The notes beneath the pieces were generated by a model, which worked only from the letters and a program-made list of their open reading frames with translations, was not told where the DNA came from and made no database searches. A program made the position numbers and the translations under genes. From Spirochaetia bacterium (GTDB lineage: Bacteria; Spirochaetota; Spirochaetia; CADAEX01), in contig CAXXHA010000012.1 in assembly GCA_963662265.2 (NCBI GenBank), forward strand, positions 1-41,674: DNA of 41,674 bases. The letters are read 5' to 3'. Positions within the stretch are counted from its first letter, which is position 1, and every line of letters begins with the position of its first letter. Below, piece by piece: positions 38,446-41,674 of the stretch.

Positions 38446-40369
38446 ATGACAAGAAAGACAGGTATTAACCGCTGGAGTGTTAGAGATTCTCAGGAGCTAT
38501 ATGGTGTTGAAAACTGGGGTTCTGATTTTTTTGATGTCAACAGTAAGGGCGAAGTTACTGTCAGGCTCAGGAATATTGACCGGTATGAGAACTACAGTAT
38601 TTACAGGATAGTTGAGGGGCTCAAGGAAAGGGGCATTACAATGCCTGTTCTTCTCCATTTTCCTGATCTTGTCTACAGCAGAATAGCAAAGCTTAATAAA
38701 GGTTTCAGTTCAATTATGCGCGACTACGGTTACAGGGGGGGGGTACAACGGAGTATACCCTATCAAGGTTAACCAGCAGCAGCATGTTGTTGAAGAGATT
38801 ATAAAGTCAGGTAAGGGATATAACTACGGCCTTGAGGCTGGAAGCAAGGCGGAACTGATGATTGCGATATCTTCGATAAAGTCTTCAACTGCGCCTATTA
38901 TCTGCAACGGTTACAAGGACAGGGAATTTATCCAGCTTGCCCTCTATGGAATACTAATAGGGCTGAATATATTTCTTGTCGTTGAAAGGCCCAACGAGGT
39001 TGATGAGATTCTAAGATCTGCATCGGAAATTGGGGTGAAACCGAATATAGGTATCAGGGTCAAGCTTGCTTCCACTGTGGGGGGGAAATGGGCCGAATCT
39101 GCAGGCGATCATTCTGTATTCGGCCTTACTGCTTCACAGATAATCGAAGTTGTAGATATTCTAAGGAAAGAGGATATGCTTGATTCGCTGAAACTCCTTC
39201 ATTACCATATGGGTTCACAGATTCCTGATATAAGACATATCCGTGATGCAGCAGGTGAGGCATCAAAATTCTACATCAACCTTGTAAGGGAAGGAGCGCC
39301 TATGGGATACATTGATCTCGGCGGCGGCCTTGCAGTTGATTATGACGGATCGAAAACTATTTTTGACAGCAGTAAAAACTATACACTCGAGGAATACTGC
39401 GGAAGTATTGTCGACTCAATGAAGCAGGGTTTTGACGAGGCAGGGATTGAACATCCTGATATTATTACTGAATCAGGAAGAGCTGTTTCCGCATATTCAT
39501 CAGTCCTGATATTTAATATACTCGATGTCAACAGCCTTGTTGTTGATACCGAAGAAATAAAAATTCCCGATAATGCCCATGAATCTCTTAAAAACCTGAA
39601 TGAGCTTCTGACTATAATAAATGTCAAAAACCTTCAGGAAAGCTATCATGACGCTATTTATTACAGGGATGAAATAAGATCACTTTTCCAGATGGGGAAG
39701 GTGACTTTAAGGGAAAGGGCTAATGCCGAAGAACTTTTCTGGCGTGCCATAAAGAGAATTAAAATACTTGCAGATGAACTGAAGTATATTCCCGATGAAA
39801 TGAAAAAGCTTGAGACACTTCTTGCAGATATTTATTACGGGAATTTTTCTCTTTTCCAGTCTCTTCCAGACTGCTGGGCTATAGACCAGCTTTTCCCTAT
39901 TCTGCCCCTCCACAGGCTTGATGAAAAACCTGACAATCCCGCCATCATAGCTGATACTACATGTGACTGTGACGGCAAGATTGATAAATTCATAGGCTTA
40001 TACGAGATAAGGCGGAATTTAATGCTCCATAACATCAAACCCGGCGAGGAATATTTTCTGGGGGTTTTTCTTGTCGGGGCATACCAGGAAACTCTAGGCG
40101 ATCTTCACAACCTTTTCGGTGATACCCATGTAATAAGTATTACCATAGATGATGAGGGTGAAATGAGGCTGAGCCGGGAAATCAGGGGGGATTCAGTTGC
40201 AGATGTTCTCAGTTATGTTGAGTACAATCCTTCTGTCCTTCTCGAACAGATACGAAAGCTTGCTGAAAAAGGTGTTAAGGAGAAAAAGTATTTCCCCCAC
40301 CAGAGGAAGGCTATTATGGCTGCATTTGAAGAGGGGATGAGGGGATATACCTATTTTGAGACTGAATAG
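38446..40369 (+). CDS. speA: Biosynthetic arginine decarboxylase, split by one extra G in a G9 tract (38735-38743)
   Basis: N-terminal WS...LYG..NWG..FF; removing one G gives YRGGYNGVYPIKVNQQ and GLEAGSKAE, joining the 38858 ORF (HYHMGSQI, DLGGGL, ESGRA, TCDCDG, GAYQE.LGDLHNLFG). Confidence 0.9.
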
Positions 40370-40573
40370 CTGAAAGTTCTGACTGCTTTTAGGTTATAAA
40401 AAAAATTATGCCTGGACCCGAAAAACAGGGCTTTGATTAAAAATTATATTTCTATAAAATCATATGTTTTATGCATGATTTAATGGATTGGTTCTGCAAA
40501 GATTCATATGGAATTAAAACAAAATCTCAGTGTTTATTAACTGATTAAACGGAAATTGTCCGAAGAAATAAGA

Positions 40574-40600
40574 AATCCCGGTAATTATATTACCGGGATT
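40574..40600 (-). terminator. Terminator hairpin after the oxidoreductase gene
   Basis: AATCCCGGTAAT-tat-ATTACCGGGATT 12-bp perfect stem; T-rich tail on the minus strand. Confidence 0.75.
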
Positions 40601-40638
40601 CCACGTTTCGGAGTTTCAGCTACAATAATTCTTAAAGC

Positions 40639-41674
40639 CTATTTTTCCCTCTTGAAAGGCCAGGCAACTACACCGCCTTCAAGAACTTTTACGTTAGTAT
40701 ATCCTTTTGATGTCAGACAGCAAGCTGCTTCATATCCTCTGAGTGATATTTTACAGTAAACAATTATTTCAGACTGTTTTTATCTTCAGGGAGCTTTTCA
40801 AGACTGCATCCTAAGTTTTACCAAGCGGTATCAGAATTTCACCGATACCAAGTCTTGTTTCTTCATATTCCTCGGGATTCCTGACATCAATGAATGAAAA
40901 GAGTTTTTCTCCCGTTGTCGAATTTTATCTTTTTGTCTCTAGTAGCTGAAATCCCCTGACATTCTTCCCAGGCACTTGTTCTGAAGGACATGCCCGGCAA
41001 TGTTATAAAGTTGTCTATAGCAGGAGAGAAAGGGAGGTGCATAGGGGAGATCAAGATTTACTAATATCATAAACATGCATTTTACCATGAATTGCCATTG
41101 CCCCTATTGCTATTCTTTTTGAGACATCCCCTGTTCCGACTGCCTGCATTCCGAGAAGTCTGCATGATGTTTTATCAGCAACCAGTTTGATAATAACAGG
41201 TTTTGCCCCCATAAAACCGGGTTTATCAGGAGCAGCCTGTATAGCTGTCATAATATTACTGAATAGCCGAGTTTCTTTCGCCTGTTTTTCTGACAGTCCT
41301 GTGCTGCCTGCACACGATAATCAAATACCTTGCAAATACCTGTTCCAATCATTCCTTCATAATTCAACATTGTTTCCAAGTACCATATTCTGGGCAGCTA
41401 CCCTTGCCTGAAGATTTGCAGCATCTCCCATCGGCCATAATGATTTGTTATGGGTCACCAGATTTGTAACTTCAACACAGTCACCCCCTGCGATAAATAA
41501 AAGGATCAGATGTCTGCATGAATGTATTGACTGATATACCTCCTTTCTGACCTATTTCAATTCCCGCCTCTTTTGCAAGTCCTGAATTAGGTTTTACACC
41601 GATAGAAACAACTGCAAGATCGCACTCAAGTATTCTTCCATCTGAAAGTTTTACAGCATTTACATGTCCGTCTT
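40639..41674 (-). pseudogene. 3' part of a CoA-disulfide reductase-like FAD oxidoreductase with C-terminal rhodanese domain; multiple frameshifts (pseudogene or sequencing errors)
   Basis: Manual translation across frames: IGVKPN..LA..AG, MQTSDP.IY/AGGDC, GTGICKVF, LLGMQAVG, LDLPYAPP/FS, YCKISLRGYEAA, VLEGGVVAW; at least six indels. Confidence 0.8.

Noticed and set aside
40556-40759. 67-aa + strand ORF
   Set aside because: Antisense to the rhodanese domain and crosses the terminator hairpin.

Overview
AT-rich bacterial chromosomal window, probably from a free-living Spirochaetales-type anaerobe (inferred from the spirochaete-style signal peptide 'FSGGKAE' and the gene repertoire). Left part: housekeeping genes (m5C RNA methyltransferase, HAD phosphatase, phosphoglucomutase) and an orphan ABC solute-binding protein. 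Centre: a threonine/glycine catabolism region (Lrp regulator, gcvT-H-PA-PB, TRIC-family transporter, XRE-cupin regulator, tdh-kbl) interrupted by a type I restriction-modification operon. Between hsdS and hsdR this operon carries a coupled pair: an antirepressor-like DNA-binding protein and a Doc-type Fic protein. The DNA-binding gene contains a perfect, codon-aligned 30-bp palindrome (19838-19867). Right part: PfkB kinases, divergent hisI-hisG, a hybrid histidine kinase, and a carboxyspermidine-type polyamine cluster whose speA is split at a G9 tract. The window ends in a multiply frameshifted CoA-disulfide reductase/rhodanese gene, probably sequencing error. Two diverged copies of a structured 175-192 bp MITE-like element lie upstream of gcvH and speA. 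No rRNA, tRNA, CRISPR array, integrase or intact transposase was seen. All calls come from motif recognition by eye; no database search was run.
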